A DNA stretch of 64,000 bases, taken from the NCBI GenBank assembly GCA_963700145.1, contig OY969474.1, positions 3,136,001 through 3,200,000 on the forward strand. Direction: 5' to 3'. The notes beneath the pieces were generated by a model. That model had not been told where the DNA came from. It ran no database searches and worked only from the letters and a program-made list of their open reading frames with translations. Numbering within the stretch: position 1 is the first letter of the stretch; each line of letters begins with the position of its first letter. Below are positions 20,208-29,218 of this stretch, piece after piece. The position numbers and the translations under genes are program-made. The stretch is from an uncultured Acidobacteriota bacterium (GTDB taxonomy: Bacteria; Acidobacteriota; Thermoanaerobaculia; Multivoradales; UBA5704).

Positions 20208-21031
20208 GCGAGGCTGCGCAGCCGCTCGGCGAGCTTCCCGAGGCCCCAGCGCGCGAAAAGGTCAGCGGCGCCCTGCCAGTCCGGCTCGGCGTCGGGAAAC
20301 TTCGGGATCGGCGCCGTGCGGTCCAGCGTCGCGATGCGGAGGTAGGCGCGGAGGTTCTCGGCCTGGCCGGCGAAGCCGCCGGCCTGGAGCGTCGCCTCCA
20401 GCGAGCCGTTGCGCTTCAAGATCGCCGCGGCGCTCACCGGCCCGACGCCGGGCGCGCCCGGGATCTTGTCCGAGGGATCGCCGCGCAAGGCGATGAAGTC
20501 CGGCACCAATGCCGGCGGCACGCCGTAGCGCTTCTCGACCTCGGCCGGCCCCACCCGCTCCAGCTCGCTGACGCCGCGGCGCGGATGGAGGATCGTCGTC
20601 CGCTCGCTGGCGAGCTGGAAGAGGTCGCGGTCATTGCTCAAGACGAGCGCCGTGCCGCGCCGCTTCTCCTCCGCCGCCACCCCGGCAGCGAGGAAGTCGT
20701 CCGCTTCATAACCGGCCTGTTTGGCCGCGGCGAACCCGAACGCCGCGACCAGCTCCGGCAGCCGGTCGAGCTGGAAGCGGAGCTCGGGCGCGAAGTGCCG
20801 CCCCGACTGGTACTGCGGCAGCAGCGCGTGGCGGTAGGTCGAAACGTCGAGCGTGTCCAGCCCCACCAGCACCGCTCGCGGCCGCTCCGCCTCCCACACC
20901 GAGACCAGCATGTTGGTGAACCCGACGAGCGCATTGGCCGGCCGCCGGTCCCCATCCCGAATCGACGGCGGCAACGCATGAAACGCCCGATGCGCGAGGT
21001 TGTCGCCGTCGACGACGAGGAGCGGCTTCAT
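20204..21031 (-). CDS. Stand-alone 5'-3' exonuclease / flap endonuclease
   Basis: LLVVDGDNLAHRAFHA, GYEADD, SNDRDLFQL, ALRGDPSDKIPGAPGVG; start trimmed to ATG 21031. Confidence 0.92.
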   Translation of the reverse strand: MKPLLVVDGDNLAHRAFHALPPSIRDGDRRPANALVGFTNMLVSVWEAERPRAVLVGLDTLDVSTYRHALLPQYQSGRHFAPELRFQLDRLPELVAAFGFAAAKQAGYEADDFLAAGVAAEEKRRGTALVLSNDRDLFQLASERTTILHPRRGVSELERVGPAEVEKRYGVPPALVPDFIALRGDPSDKIPGAPGVGPVSAAAILKRNGSLEATLQAGGFAGQAENLRAYLRIATLDRTAPIPKFPDAEPDWQGAADLFARWGLGKLAERLRSLA

Positions 21032-21258
21032 AAGTAGGGGGCCAAGTCGTCTTCCGTGAGGATGCTCCGCTCCTTCGCCTGGCGACTCCAGTAGCCCTGG
21101 AGCCCCGCCAGTTCCCGCTCGAGGCGCGTCCGGCGAGCGAGACGGAGGGCGTCCGCGACAACGGCACTTAGCGTCTTCCCCTCCGCCTGCGCGACCTTCT
21201 CGGCCTCCCGGGCGAGCGCAGAAGGCAGAGTGATCGTTTTCTTGACGGCGGCACCCAT
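21028..21258 (-). CDS. Ribbon-helix-helix (CopG) antitoxin-like protein
   Basis: VKKTITLPSALAREAEKVAQAEGKTLSAVVADALR...ILTEDDL. Confidence 0.8.
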   Translation of the reverse strand: MGAAVKKTITLPSALAREAEKVAQAEGKTLSAVVADALRLARRTRLERELAGLQGYWSRQAKERSILTEDDLAPYL

Positions 21259-21467
21259 CACCATGCTCCTTCGGCAGGTAGAAATCATGCCAGATGAGGC
21301 GGGACCTTGGCGTCAGACCTCGAGAAGACAGCGTAGCGGCCGGCAAAGTCGCTGCCGGCGCCGGAGTCATCCCGACGGGTGCGGCGGCGCTTCCGGCCGA
21401 CGTTGGAGATGTCGCGGCGACTCCCGAAATACACCAGCCGGCCGGAGGATGGTGCACGGCGGGCGCC

Positions 21468-21698
21468 GGAGACGTTTCCCCAGGCCCCGCGGCATTATCC
21501 GGAACGCTCGCCGAATTATCCTCGGCGCCTGCGGCATTATCCCCAGCGCTTGGAGATCTGTCCTCAGCCGCTGCCCCATTATCCCCAGCGCCCGGGGGGT
21601 GTACCCCGGCGACAGAAGGGTGTATAGCAGCCGCCGCGGCATTATCCGGAACGCCCGCGGCATTTCCCCCAGGAGCCGCGGAAAACGACTTCAGCGGC
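21468..21698. repeat. Degenerate 21-nt tandem repeat array, consensus about GCGGCATTATCCnnnnCGnnn
   Basis: Units at 21468, 21489, 21510, 21531, 21552, 21573, 21594, 21615, 21636, 21657, 21678; weaker periodicity continues to about 21340. Confidence 0.8.
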
Positions 21699-21784
21699 CC
21701 GGAAGTTATTGGGAACCCGGGGCTTACGTGGAAACCACCACGCTGGAGCCGCCGGGCCAACCTCCGGTGCTACCATCGTTCCTC

Positions 21785-22033
21785 GTGAGTCCCCGCGATC
21801 GCCTTCACGTCCTGGTCGACGAGCTGCCGGACTCTGACGTGCCGACCGCCGAACGTGTCCTCGAAGCGCTCCGCGCCGCCCCGGCTCCCTCCTATTCTCT
21901 CGAGGACGCACCGCTCGACGACGAGCCCGACGAGGACGACCGCGACGGCGGCCTCACCGAGGCCCGCGCGCAGGCGGACCGTGGCGAGCTGATCCCTCAC
22001 CAAGAAGCCAAGCGAATCCTCGGCGTCCGGTGA
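21785..22033 (+). CDS. Putative antitoxin of a RelE/ParE pair
   Basis: RDRLHVLVDELPD...EDAPLDDEP...RGELIPHQEAKRILG; acidic; GTGA overlap with the toxin. Confidence 0.8.
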   Translation: MSPRDRLHVLVDELPDSDVPTAERVLEALRAAPAPSYSLEDAPLDDEPDEDDRDGGLTEARAQADRGELIPHQEAKRILGVR

Positions 22034-22290
22034 CGCCCCTGCGGATCGACTGGACCTCGCGCGCCCTGCGCGAGGCCAAGCGGCTCGATCCCCCGGCGCG
22101 GCAGCGCATCGCGACAGCGCTGGACGCATTCGTCGAGACGGAGCGCGGCGACATCGTGCTCCTCACCGATGTCACGCCGCCCGAGTACCGGCTACGCGTC
22201 GGCCCCTGGCGCGTACGCTTCCGCGTCGACCGCAAGGCCGGCGCCCTGGTGGTACTGCGCGTCCTACCGCGAGGAAAGGCCTACCGCTAG
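22030..22290 (+). CDS. relE: RelE/ParE family toxin
   Basis: IDWTSRALRE...EYRLRVGPWRVRF...VLRVLPRGKAYR. Confidence 0.88.
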   Translation: MTPLRIDWTSRALREAKRLDPPARQRIATALDAFVETERGDIVLLTDVTPPEYRLRVGPWRVRFRVDRKAGALVVLRVLPRGKAYR

Positions 22291-22336
22291 CCGGCCGGGT
22301 TCCCATTTTGGGAACGCTCCTTCCCAATCTGGGAAC

Positions 22337-23257
22337 TCAGCCCCGAAACACCGTGTCCGCATGCCATTCCAGAAACTCCGGCCGCGGTCGCTCCGCTTCG
22401 CCGGAGGGCCGCCAGATCTCGCGGCCTTCGAGCGGGTAGTAGATCTCGCCGTTGTCGAACTCGTCCTTGAGCCGGCGGCTGACGCGCACCCGCCCGTCGG
22501 GCGTCACGGTGACGTAGCCGCGGTCGAAGAGGCGATGGAGGTCCGAGCGCAAGAGGAGGCCGTTGTCGATCCGGTGGAGCCCGCCTTCGCCCACCGGCCG
22601 GATGTGCGCCGCCTCGAGCACCGGCAGCGCCCGCTCCTGCGTCACGGCGCATCGCCGCTGGTAGGTGTCGGTGATCAGCACCCGGAACGACCCCTGCCCC
22701 AACCGCGGCCGTACCAGCACCGGCTCGCCGAACATCGGCAGCTGCTCTTCCGCCAGCTCCGCCGGCTGGCTCATCCGCAGGACGCCCTGCACCCGCATCC
22801 AGAGCGAGCGCCCGGGCTCCTGCAGCGCGTCGTAGGTTTTCCCTTGCTGCGTAGCGAGGTGGAAGTCCGCCGGGATCGGGATCCAGTCGATCTCGTCGAA
22901 GAAGAACGGCTGGGTGAGGATGACGCAGCCGATCTCCGGGTCCTCCCGCGGATCGAGGAACGCCCGTCGGTACCTCCCGATCCGCGCCCGCATCTCCGCG
23001 AACGTGCGCGCGCCGTTCTTCTCCTCGAACGCCTCCCAAGCGCGGCTCGCCGGCAGCCGGGAGAAGTGGGCGAAGAACCCGCCGCCAACGATGAAGTTCT
23101 GGGGTGCGTGGAGCTTGAAGAGGAGCGGCTCCCCGGGCTGGAGGCGACGAAACGTCGAGCTCCCGCCCGGCTGCCAGAAGTTGACCTCGTCGATCAGCGG
23201 CTGGCTGCGCAGGAAGCGGAACCAGTCACTGTCGGTGATTGCAACGTAGAGGTTCAC
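22337..23257 (-). CDS. HNH endonuclease (putative modification-dependent restriction enzyme)
   Basis: N-terminal VAITDSDWF...EVNFWQP domain; C-terminal CAVT...LEAAHIRP...NGLLLRSDLHRLFD. Confidence 0.88.
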   Translation of the reverse strand: MNLYVAITDSDWFRFLRSQPLIDEVNFWQPGGSSTFRRLQPGEPLLFKLHAPQNFIVGGGFFAHFSRLPASRAWEAFEEKNGARTFAEMRARIGRYRRAFLDPREDPEIGCVILTQPFFFDEIDWIPIPADFHLATQQGKTYDALQEPGRSLWMRVQGVLRMSQPAELAEEQLPMFGEPVLVRPRLGQGSFRVLITDTYQRRCAVTQERALPVLEAAHIRPVGEGGLHRIDNGLLLRSDLHRLFDRGYVTVTPDGRVRVSRRLKDEFDNGEIYYPLEGREIWRPSGEAERPRPEFLEWHADTVFRG

Positions 23258-23341
23258 GAACTCTGTTGTGATCAACCCACAACTAGGAGATCTTAGCGCG
23301 CGGCAACAGGTGCGCCGGCATGAACATCTCGCAAGGCGTCC

Positions 23342-24508
23342 CTACCCGCTCCGCCCGGTCACCGCCCTCGCTTCGCGTGCCGGGCCGGCCGGCTGGTCGA
23401 GCGCCCGCAGGTACTGCCGGTCAAACGCCGCGAGCTGGCTTTCGAGCTCGGAGTACGGGCCGGGGTCCCAGGCGCTCGAGACGGCGCCTTTGTAGGCGTT
23501 GGCGCAGAGCTCCCAGTCCTGGCGGTTGGTGAGGTCCCAGAAGTCGATCGCCGGCTGCGGGTCGAAGCCGGGAGCGGCGATGGCGTCGGGGTGGAAGAGC
23601 CAGTCGCAGAGGATGCGGGTGCGGTCGAGCGCGAGCGGCTGCGCGCGGTGCAGGAGGACGTAGTCGGGGTGGAGCGACATGAAGGCGCTGGGGAAGAGGA
23701 CGTAGTAGTAGACGCGCCCGCGCTGCTCGGGCGAGAGATCGGGGAAGGGCGGCGCGCAGCGCCCGCCGTGCATCGTCATGCTCCCTTCGGGGTTGGTCAT
23801 CCACATCGGGCCGCCCAAGACCGGCCCTTCGTCGAGGTCGTTCTCGGTCTGGCGGTACGGCGTCAGCTTGTTGAGGTGCGGGTGGACGTTGGGGCAGTGG
23901 TAACACTCGCTGTAGTTGTGGAAGAAGAGCTTCCAGTTCGCCTCGACCTCGTAGACGGTCTGGTGTGCCGACTTGAGCTCCGGCAGCCGCCAGGGCTCGA
24001 ACTTGCCGACCAGCGCCGGCAGTGCCTCGGCGAACGGCTGCGGGTCGGGCGCGAGGTTCAGGAACAGGAACCCCTGCCAATCGGCGAGCCCCACCGGGTG
24101 CAGCGGGTAGTCGGCGCGGTCGAAGCCGGCGACGCCGGTCATGTTGGGCGCCGCCCGCAGCGCGCCGTCGAGGCCGTAGGTCCAGGCGTGGTACGGGCAC
24201 TGGATGGCGGCGCCGAGGGTGCCGGCCGGCTCGCTGCACAGGCGCGTGCCGCGGTGGCGGCAGTGGTTGTGGAAGGCGCGCACCGCGCCGTCGCCGTCGC
24301 CGTCGCGCACGACGAGCACGCTCTCGCGGCCGAGCGTGTGGACAAAGTAGGCGCCCGGGCCGTCCAGCTGCGAGACGTGGCCGGCGAGGAGCCAGGAGCG
24401 GCCGAAGACGCGCTCGTGCTCGAGGCGGTAGATCTCCTCGGAGGTGAAGTACTCGCGGGGCAGGGTGTGCTGGCCGAAGGCGCTACGCTGCTTCATTCCG
24501 GCCGCCAT
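23342..24508 (-). CDS. Rieske non-heme iron oxygenase alpha subunit (glycine betaine/choline oxygenase-like)
   Basis: CRHRG...CPYHAW Rieske ligands; ANWKL...ECYHCPNVH iron site; start at 24508 or 24496. Confidence 0.9.
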   Translation of the reverse strand: MAAGMKQRSAFGQHTLPREYFTSEEIYRLEHERVFGRSWLLAGHVSQLDGPGAYFVHTLGRESVLVVRDGDGDGAVRAFHNHCRHRGTRLCSEPAGTLGAAIQCPYHAWTYGLDGALRAAPNMTGVAGFDRADYPLHPVGLADWQGFLFLNLAPDPQPFAEALPALVGKFEPWRLPELKSAHQTVYEVEANWKLFFHNYSECYHCPNVHPHLNKLTPYRQTENDLDEGPVLGGPMWMTNPEGSMTMHGGRCAPPFPDLSPEQRGRVYYYVLFPSAFMSLHPDYVLLHRAQPLALDRTRILCDWLFHPDAIAAPGFDPQPAIDFWDLTNRQDWELCANAYKGAVSSAWDPGPYSELESQLAAFDRQYLRALDQPAGPAREARAVTGRSG

Positions 24509-24556
24509 GATAACTTTCGCCGGCCTGCCGGCGCAGCCCCCTCGACGATCGCGACG

Positions 24557-25759
24557 ATGCCGATCCCGTCCCCGTTTCACGAGCGCACTGCCAAGCTCTG
24601 CACCAGCTACCGCTGGAAGGACTGGTCGGGGTACGCCGCGGTGTGCAGCTACGACACCACCCACGACCGCGAGTACTTCGCCTTCCGCGAGTCGGCGGGG
24701 CTGCTCGACGTCTCGCCGCTCTTCAAGTACGAGGTCTACGGGCCGGACGCCGCGGCGCTGCTGTCGCGCATGATGGTGCGCGACGTCTCGAAGCTCAAGA
24801 TCGGCCGCGTCGGCTACAGCTGCTGGTGCGACGACTACGGCAAGGTCATCGACGACGGCACGGTGACGCGGCTCGACGAGGACTACTACCGCGTCACCGC
24901 CGCCGACCCGACGCTGCACTGGCTGCAGACGGTGGGGCGCGGCATGCGCGTGACGCTGGAGGACTCCAGCGCGCGCCTAGCCGCCGTGGCGCTCCAGGGC
25001 CCGCGCTCGCGCGACATCCTGCGCGCCGCCTGCGACGCCGACCTGGACAAGCTCAAGTTCTTCGGCGCCACGCGCACCCGCCTCGACGGCCTCGACGCCT
25101 GGCTCACCCGCACCGGCTACACCGGCGACCTGGGCTACGAGGTGTGGGTCGAGAAGGCCGAGGCGCCGCGCCTCTGGGACGCGCTGATGGACGCCGGCCG
25201 GCCGCACGGCATCACGCCCGCGGGCCTCGACGCGCTCGACGTCTCGCGCATCGAGGCCGGATTCATCCTCCTCGGCGTCGATTACTTCAGCGCCCCCAAG
25301 ACGGTGCTCGAGGCGCGCAAGTCGACGCCCTTCGAGATCGGGCTCGGCTGGCTGGTCGATTTCGAGCGCCCGCGCTTCCCGAGCTTCGTCGGCCGCGAGG
25401 CGCTCGAAGCCGAGAAGGCGCACGGCTCGGCCTGGGCCCTGATGGGCCTGGAGGTCGCCTGGGAGGCGCTGGAGGCGCTCTACGAGAGCTTCTCGCTGCC
25501 GCCCAGCCTGCCGGCGACGGCGCGGCGCGACGGCCTGCCGGTCTACGACGGCGACGGCCGCCAGGTGGGGAAGGTGACGAGCCACACCTGGTCGCCGATT
25601 CTGAAGAAGTACGTCGCGCTCGCTTCGCTGCTGGCGCCGCACGCGGCGCTCGGGACCGTGCTCGAGATGGAGCACACGGTCGAGTTCGAGCGCCGCAAGG
25701 TGCCGACAAAGGTGGTCAAGACGCCGTTCTTCGATCCCGAGAGGAAGCGCAAGCCGTGA
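24557..25759 (+). CDS. Aminomethyltransferase (GcvT-like) family protein
   Basis: LLDVSPLFKY, VIDDGTV, ALQGPRSR, TRTGYTGDLGYE, RIEAG. Confidence 0.9.
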   Translation: MPIPSPFHERTAKLCTSYRWKDWSGYAAVCSYDTTHDREYFAFRESAGLLDVSPLFKYEVYGPDAAALLSRMMVRDVSKLKIGRVGYSCWCDDYGKVIDDGTVTRLDEDYYRVTAADPTLHWLQTVGRGMRVTLEDSSARLAAVALQGPRSRDILRAACDADLDKLKFFGATRTRLDGLDAWLTRTGYTGDLGYEVWVEKAEAPRLWDALMDAGRPHGITPAGLDALDVSRIEAGFILLGVDYFSAPKTVLEARKSTPFEIGLGWLVDFERPRFPSFVGREALEAEKAHGSAWALMGLEVAWEALEALYESFSLPPSLPATARRDGLPVYDGDGRQVGKVTSHTWSPILKKYVALASLLAPHAALGTVLEMEHTVEFERRKVPTKVVKTPFFDPERKRKP

Positions 25760-27381
25760 GCGCCGCCGCGAGCTCCGTCCCGAGCCCGTCGCCCGCCGCG
25801 CGCTACGACGCGATCGTCGTCGGTGCCGGGCACAACGGCCTGGTCTGCGCCGCCTACCTCGCCAAGGCGGGGCGGAAGGTGCTGGTCCTCGAGCGCCGCC
25901 ACCAGGTCGGCGGCGCCACGACGACCGAGGAGATCCACCCGGGCTTCAAGTACTCCTGCTGCTCGTACGTCGTCTCGCTGCTGCGCCCGTGGATCATCCG
26001 CGACCTCGACCTGCCGCGCCACGGCTACGAGGTGCTGCCGCTCGAAGAGACCTTCACGCCGTTCCCCGACGGCCGGTACCTGCTGCGCGACTCCGACCCC
26101 GAGCGCACCAAGCGCGCCATCGCCAAGTTCTCGCCGCGCGACGCCGAGGTCTACAAGCCCTTCGGCCAGAAGATGGCCGAGCTCGGGCGGCTGGTCAAGC
26201 CGATGATCGACGGCCCGGCGCCCGACCCGGTGTCGCGCAACCCGCGCGAGCTCTGGCGGCTGGCGAAGTTCGCCAAGCACCTGCGCGGGCAGGGCGAGGA
26301 GTGGCTGATCGGCAACGTCAAGATGATGACGATGTCGGCGGTCGACTTCCTCTCGGAGTGGTTCGAGAGCGAGCAGCTCATCGCGCCGATGTCGGTGTCG
26401 GGGATCATCGGCACCTTTCTGGGCGTGCGCTCGCCGGGCACGGCCTACGTGCTGCTGCACCACTACATGGGCGACATCGACGGCTCCTACCGCGCCTGGG
26501 GCCTGCCCAAGGGGGGCACCGGCGCGGTGGCCGACGCGATCGCCGCCGCGGCGCGCGAGCTCGGCGTCGAGATCCGCGTCAACGCGCCGGTCGCGCACCT
26601 GCAGATGAAGAACGGCCGCGCCACCGGCGTGGTGCTCGAGAACGGCGACGAGATCGCGGCCAAGGTCGTGGTCTCCGGGGTCGACCCCCACCGCACCTTC
26701 CTGCGCCTGGTGGGCGAGGAGCACCTGGAGCCTGACTTCGCCAAGCAGGTCAAGCGCTTCAAGATGCGCGGCTCGACCGGCAAGGTCAACCTGGCGCTCG
26801 ACGCGCTGCCCGAGTTCGCCTGCCTGCCCGGCGACGGGCCGCACCTGCGCGGCGACATCACCATCGCCCCCTCGATCGAGTACCTGGAGCGCGCCTACGA
26901 CGCCGCCAAGTACGGCGCCTACTCGCGCCGGCCGTTCATGGACATTGTCATCCCGTCGCTCACCGACCCGACCGTAGCGCCGCCGGGAAAGCACACGATG
27001 TCGATCTTCGTGCAGTACGCGCCCTACAACCTGAAGGAGGGCGCGGCCGACTGGCCGAACCAGCGCGAAGCCTTCGGCGACGCGGTCGTCGACACGCTCG
27101 CCGAGTACATGCCGAACCTCAAGTCCCGCATCCTCCACCGCCAGGTGCTGACGCCGCTCGATCTGGAGGAGATCTACGGCCTGACCGAGGGCAACATCTT
27201 CCACGGCGAGCTGTCGCTCGAGCAGCTCGCGTTCCTCCGCCCGGTGGCCGGCTGGAGCCGCTACCGGACGCCGATCGAGGGCCTCTGGATGTGCGCCTCG
27301 GGGACCCACCCCGGCGGCGGCATCATGGGCGCGCCGGGCGCGCTGTGCGCGCGCACGCTGCTCGACGGACGAGCGGTCTAG
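25756..27381 (+). CDS. FAD-dependent oxidoreductase, phytoene desaturase / PYROXD2-like
   Basis: VVGAGHNGLVCAAYLA, PKGGTGAV, GNIFHG, GTHPGGGIMGAPG. Confidence 0.9.
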   Translation: MSAAASSVPSPSPAARYDAIVVGAGHNGLVCAAYLAKAGRKVLVLERRHQVGGATTTEEIHPGFKYSCCSYVVSLLRPWIIRDLDLPRHGYEVLPLEETFTPFPDGRYLLRDSDPERTKRAIAKFSPRDAEVYKPFGQKMAELGRLVKPMIDGPAPDPVSRNPRELWRLAKFAKHLRGQGEEWLIGNVKMMTMSAVDFLSEWFESEQLIAPMSVSGIIGTFLGVRSPGTAYVLLHHYMGDIDGSYRAWGLPKGGTGAVADAIAAAARELGVEIRVNAPVAHLQMKNGRATGVVLENGDEIAAKVVVSGVDPHRTFLRLVGEEHLEPDFAKQVKRFKMRGSTGKVNLALDALPEFACLPGDGPHLRGDITIAPSIEYLERAYDAAKYGAYSRRPFMDIVIPSLTDPTVAPPGKHTMSIFVQYAPYNLKEGAADWPNQREAFGDAVVDTLAEYMPNLKSRILHRQVLTPLDLEEIYGLTEGNIFHGELSLEQLAFLRPVAGWSRYRTPIEGLWMCASGTHPGGGIMGAPGALCARTLLDGRAV

Positions 27382-27391
27382 TGGGAGCTCG

Positions 27392-28945
27392 GTGAGCGCC
27401 GCCCGCTACGACGCCGTCGTCATCGGCGCCGGCCAGAACGGCCTCGCCGCCGCCGCGCGCCTTGCCGCCGCCGGCAAGAAGGTGGTGGTCCTCGAGCGGC
27501 GCGACGCGGCCGGCGGCCTCGCCGGCGCGAGCGAATTCCACCCCGACTACCGGGTGCCTGGCATCCTCCACGACGAAGGCCTGGTGTCGCCGCGCGTCGC
27601 GGCGGCGCTCGGCCTGGAGCGGCACGGCCTCGCCTGGCGCGAGGCGCCGCCGATCCTCCTCACCGAGGATGGCGGCCCCGGCCTGCTCCTCGACCGCGAC
27701 CCGGCGCGCGCCGCCGGCGGCGAGCTGGGCGCGCGCTCGCGCCACGACGCCGAGGCGTACGGGCGCTACCGCGGCTTCCTCGCGAAGCTCCGCCCGCTCG
27801 TCGCGGCGGTGATGAGCGCGCCGCCGCCACCGCTCTCGCCGGCCGGCGCCGGCGACTTCTGGGAGGTCGCCAAGAGCGGGCTCGGCCTCTGGCGTCTCGG
27901 CCGCCGCGACACGCTGGAGCTGATGCGCGTGGCGCCGATGTGCGTCGCCGATTTCCTGAACGAGCTGTTCGCCACGCCGCTCCTGGTCGAAGGGCTGGCG
28001 GCGCCGGCGGTTACCGGCACCTTCGCCGGGCCCTGGTCGGCCGGCACCAATACCAACTTGCTGCTGCTGGAGGCCGCGCCCGGGACGTACGTCGCGGGCG
28101 GACCGGCCGCGCTCGTCGCGGCGCTGGAGCGCGCCGCGCGCGCCGCTGGCGCCGAGGTCCGATTCGGCGCCGAGGTGGCGCGCATCCGCGTCGAAGGCGG
28201 CCGCGCCGCCGGCGTGACGCTCGCCTCGGGCGAAGCGCTCGACGCCGCCGCGGTCGTCGCCACCGGCGATCCCAAGCGTACCTTCCTCGAGCTGATCGCC
28301 CCGGGCACTCTGCCGATCCGTATCGAGGACGAGTACCGCCGCATCCGCATGCGCGGCACCGCGGCGAAGCTGCACCTCGCGCTCGACGGCCCGCTCGAGC
28401 TGGCGGCTCGGCCGGGCGAGCGCTTCGAGTCGATCCGCATCGGCGGCGGCCACGTCGACGACCTGGAGCGGGCCTTCGACGCCGTCAAGTACCGCGAGGT
28501 CTCCGAGCAGCCGCACCTGGAGGTCCGCGTCCCCACCGTCGCCGATCCGGCGCTCGCCCCGGCGGGGCACCACGTCGTCTCGGTCCTCGCCAGCTACGCC
28601 CCCTACGACGTCGCCGGCGGCTGGACCGAGGAGCGCCGCGCCGCGCTCCTCGAATCGATCCTCGCAACGCTCGAGCGCCACGCCCCCGGTCTGCGCGAGC
28701 GGGTCGTGGCGCAGGAGCTGCTGACCCCGGCCGACCTCGAGGCCCGCTACGCCCTGACCGGCGGCCAGCTCCACCACGGCGAGCCGGCCCTCGACCAGAT
28801 GCTGGTCCTGCGCCCGACGCCCTCGGCGGCGCGCTACGCCACCTCGGTCCCCGGCCTCTACCTGGGCGGCAGCGGCAGCCACGCCGGCGGCGGCGTCACC
28901 TGCACCGCCGGGTGGCTGGCCGCGGGTGGCGCGCTGGCCCAGTAG
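27392..28945 (+). CDS. Second FAD-dependent oxidoreductase, phytoene desaturase-like
   Basis: VIGAGQNGLAAAARLA, GGQLHHGE, GSGSHAGGGV. Confidence 0.9.
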   Translation: MSAARYDAVVIGAGQNGLAAAARLAAAGKKVVVLERRDAAGGLAGASEFHPDYRVPGILHDEGLVSPRVAAALGLERHGLAWREAPPILLTEDGGPGLLLDRDPARAAGGELGARSRHDAEAYGRYRGFLAKLRPLVAAVMSAPPPPLSPAGAGDFWEVAKSGLGLWRLGRRDTLELMRVAPMCVADFLNELFATPLLVEGLAAPAVTGTFAGPWSAGTNTNLLLLEAAPGTYVAGGPAALVAALERAARAAGAEVRFGAEVARIRVEGGRAAGVTLASGEALDAAAVVATGDPKRTFLELIAPGTLPIRIEDEYRRIRMRGTAAKLHLALDGPLELAARPGERFESIRIGGGHVDDLERAFDAVKYREVSEQPHLEVRVPTVADPALAPAGHHVVSVLASYAPYDVAGGWTEERRAALLESILATLERHAPGLRERVVAQELLTPADLEARYALTGGQLHHGEPALDQMLVLRPTPSAARYATSVPGLYLGGSGSHAGGGVTCTAGWLAAGGALAQ

Positions 28946-29218
28946 GTCAGCGAACGCCTTTCCGTCGGACGTCGAACGCTACGAACCCAGAACGCGAACG
29001 TCGCGGCCTATCCCACGCTCGCGCCGATCTCGTGGTGTTTTTTCAGCGCAATCCTGCCCCGGCCGGCGCCAGCCGCAGCCGGGAAACACCTCGCCACAGG
29101 TGGGAAAATCCTCCAGGCATTCGGCAGCGTTACCCGACGGCGGTGCACAGACTGCTGAGGGCGCGCTGGCCTACGAGTGACTTCGGGTCGGCTAGCCTCA
29201 GCCGTGCGGCTCTCGCGC

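Noticed and set aside
20204-21760. Repeat-containing N-terminal extension on the 5'-3' exonuclease
   Set aside because: The family starts at MKPLLVVDG (21031), and the extension overlaps the RHH gene in another frame
25756-28945. Carotenoid biosynthesis (crtI)
   Set aside because: No crtB/crtE nearby; context with GcvT-like and Rieske genes points to catabolism
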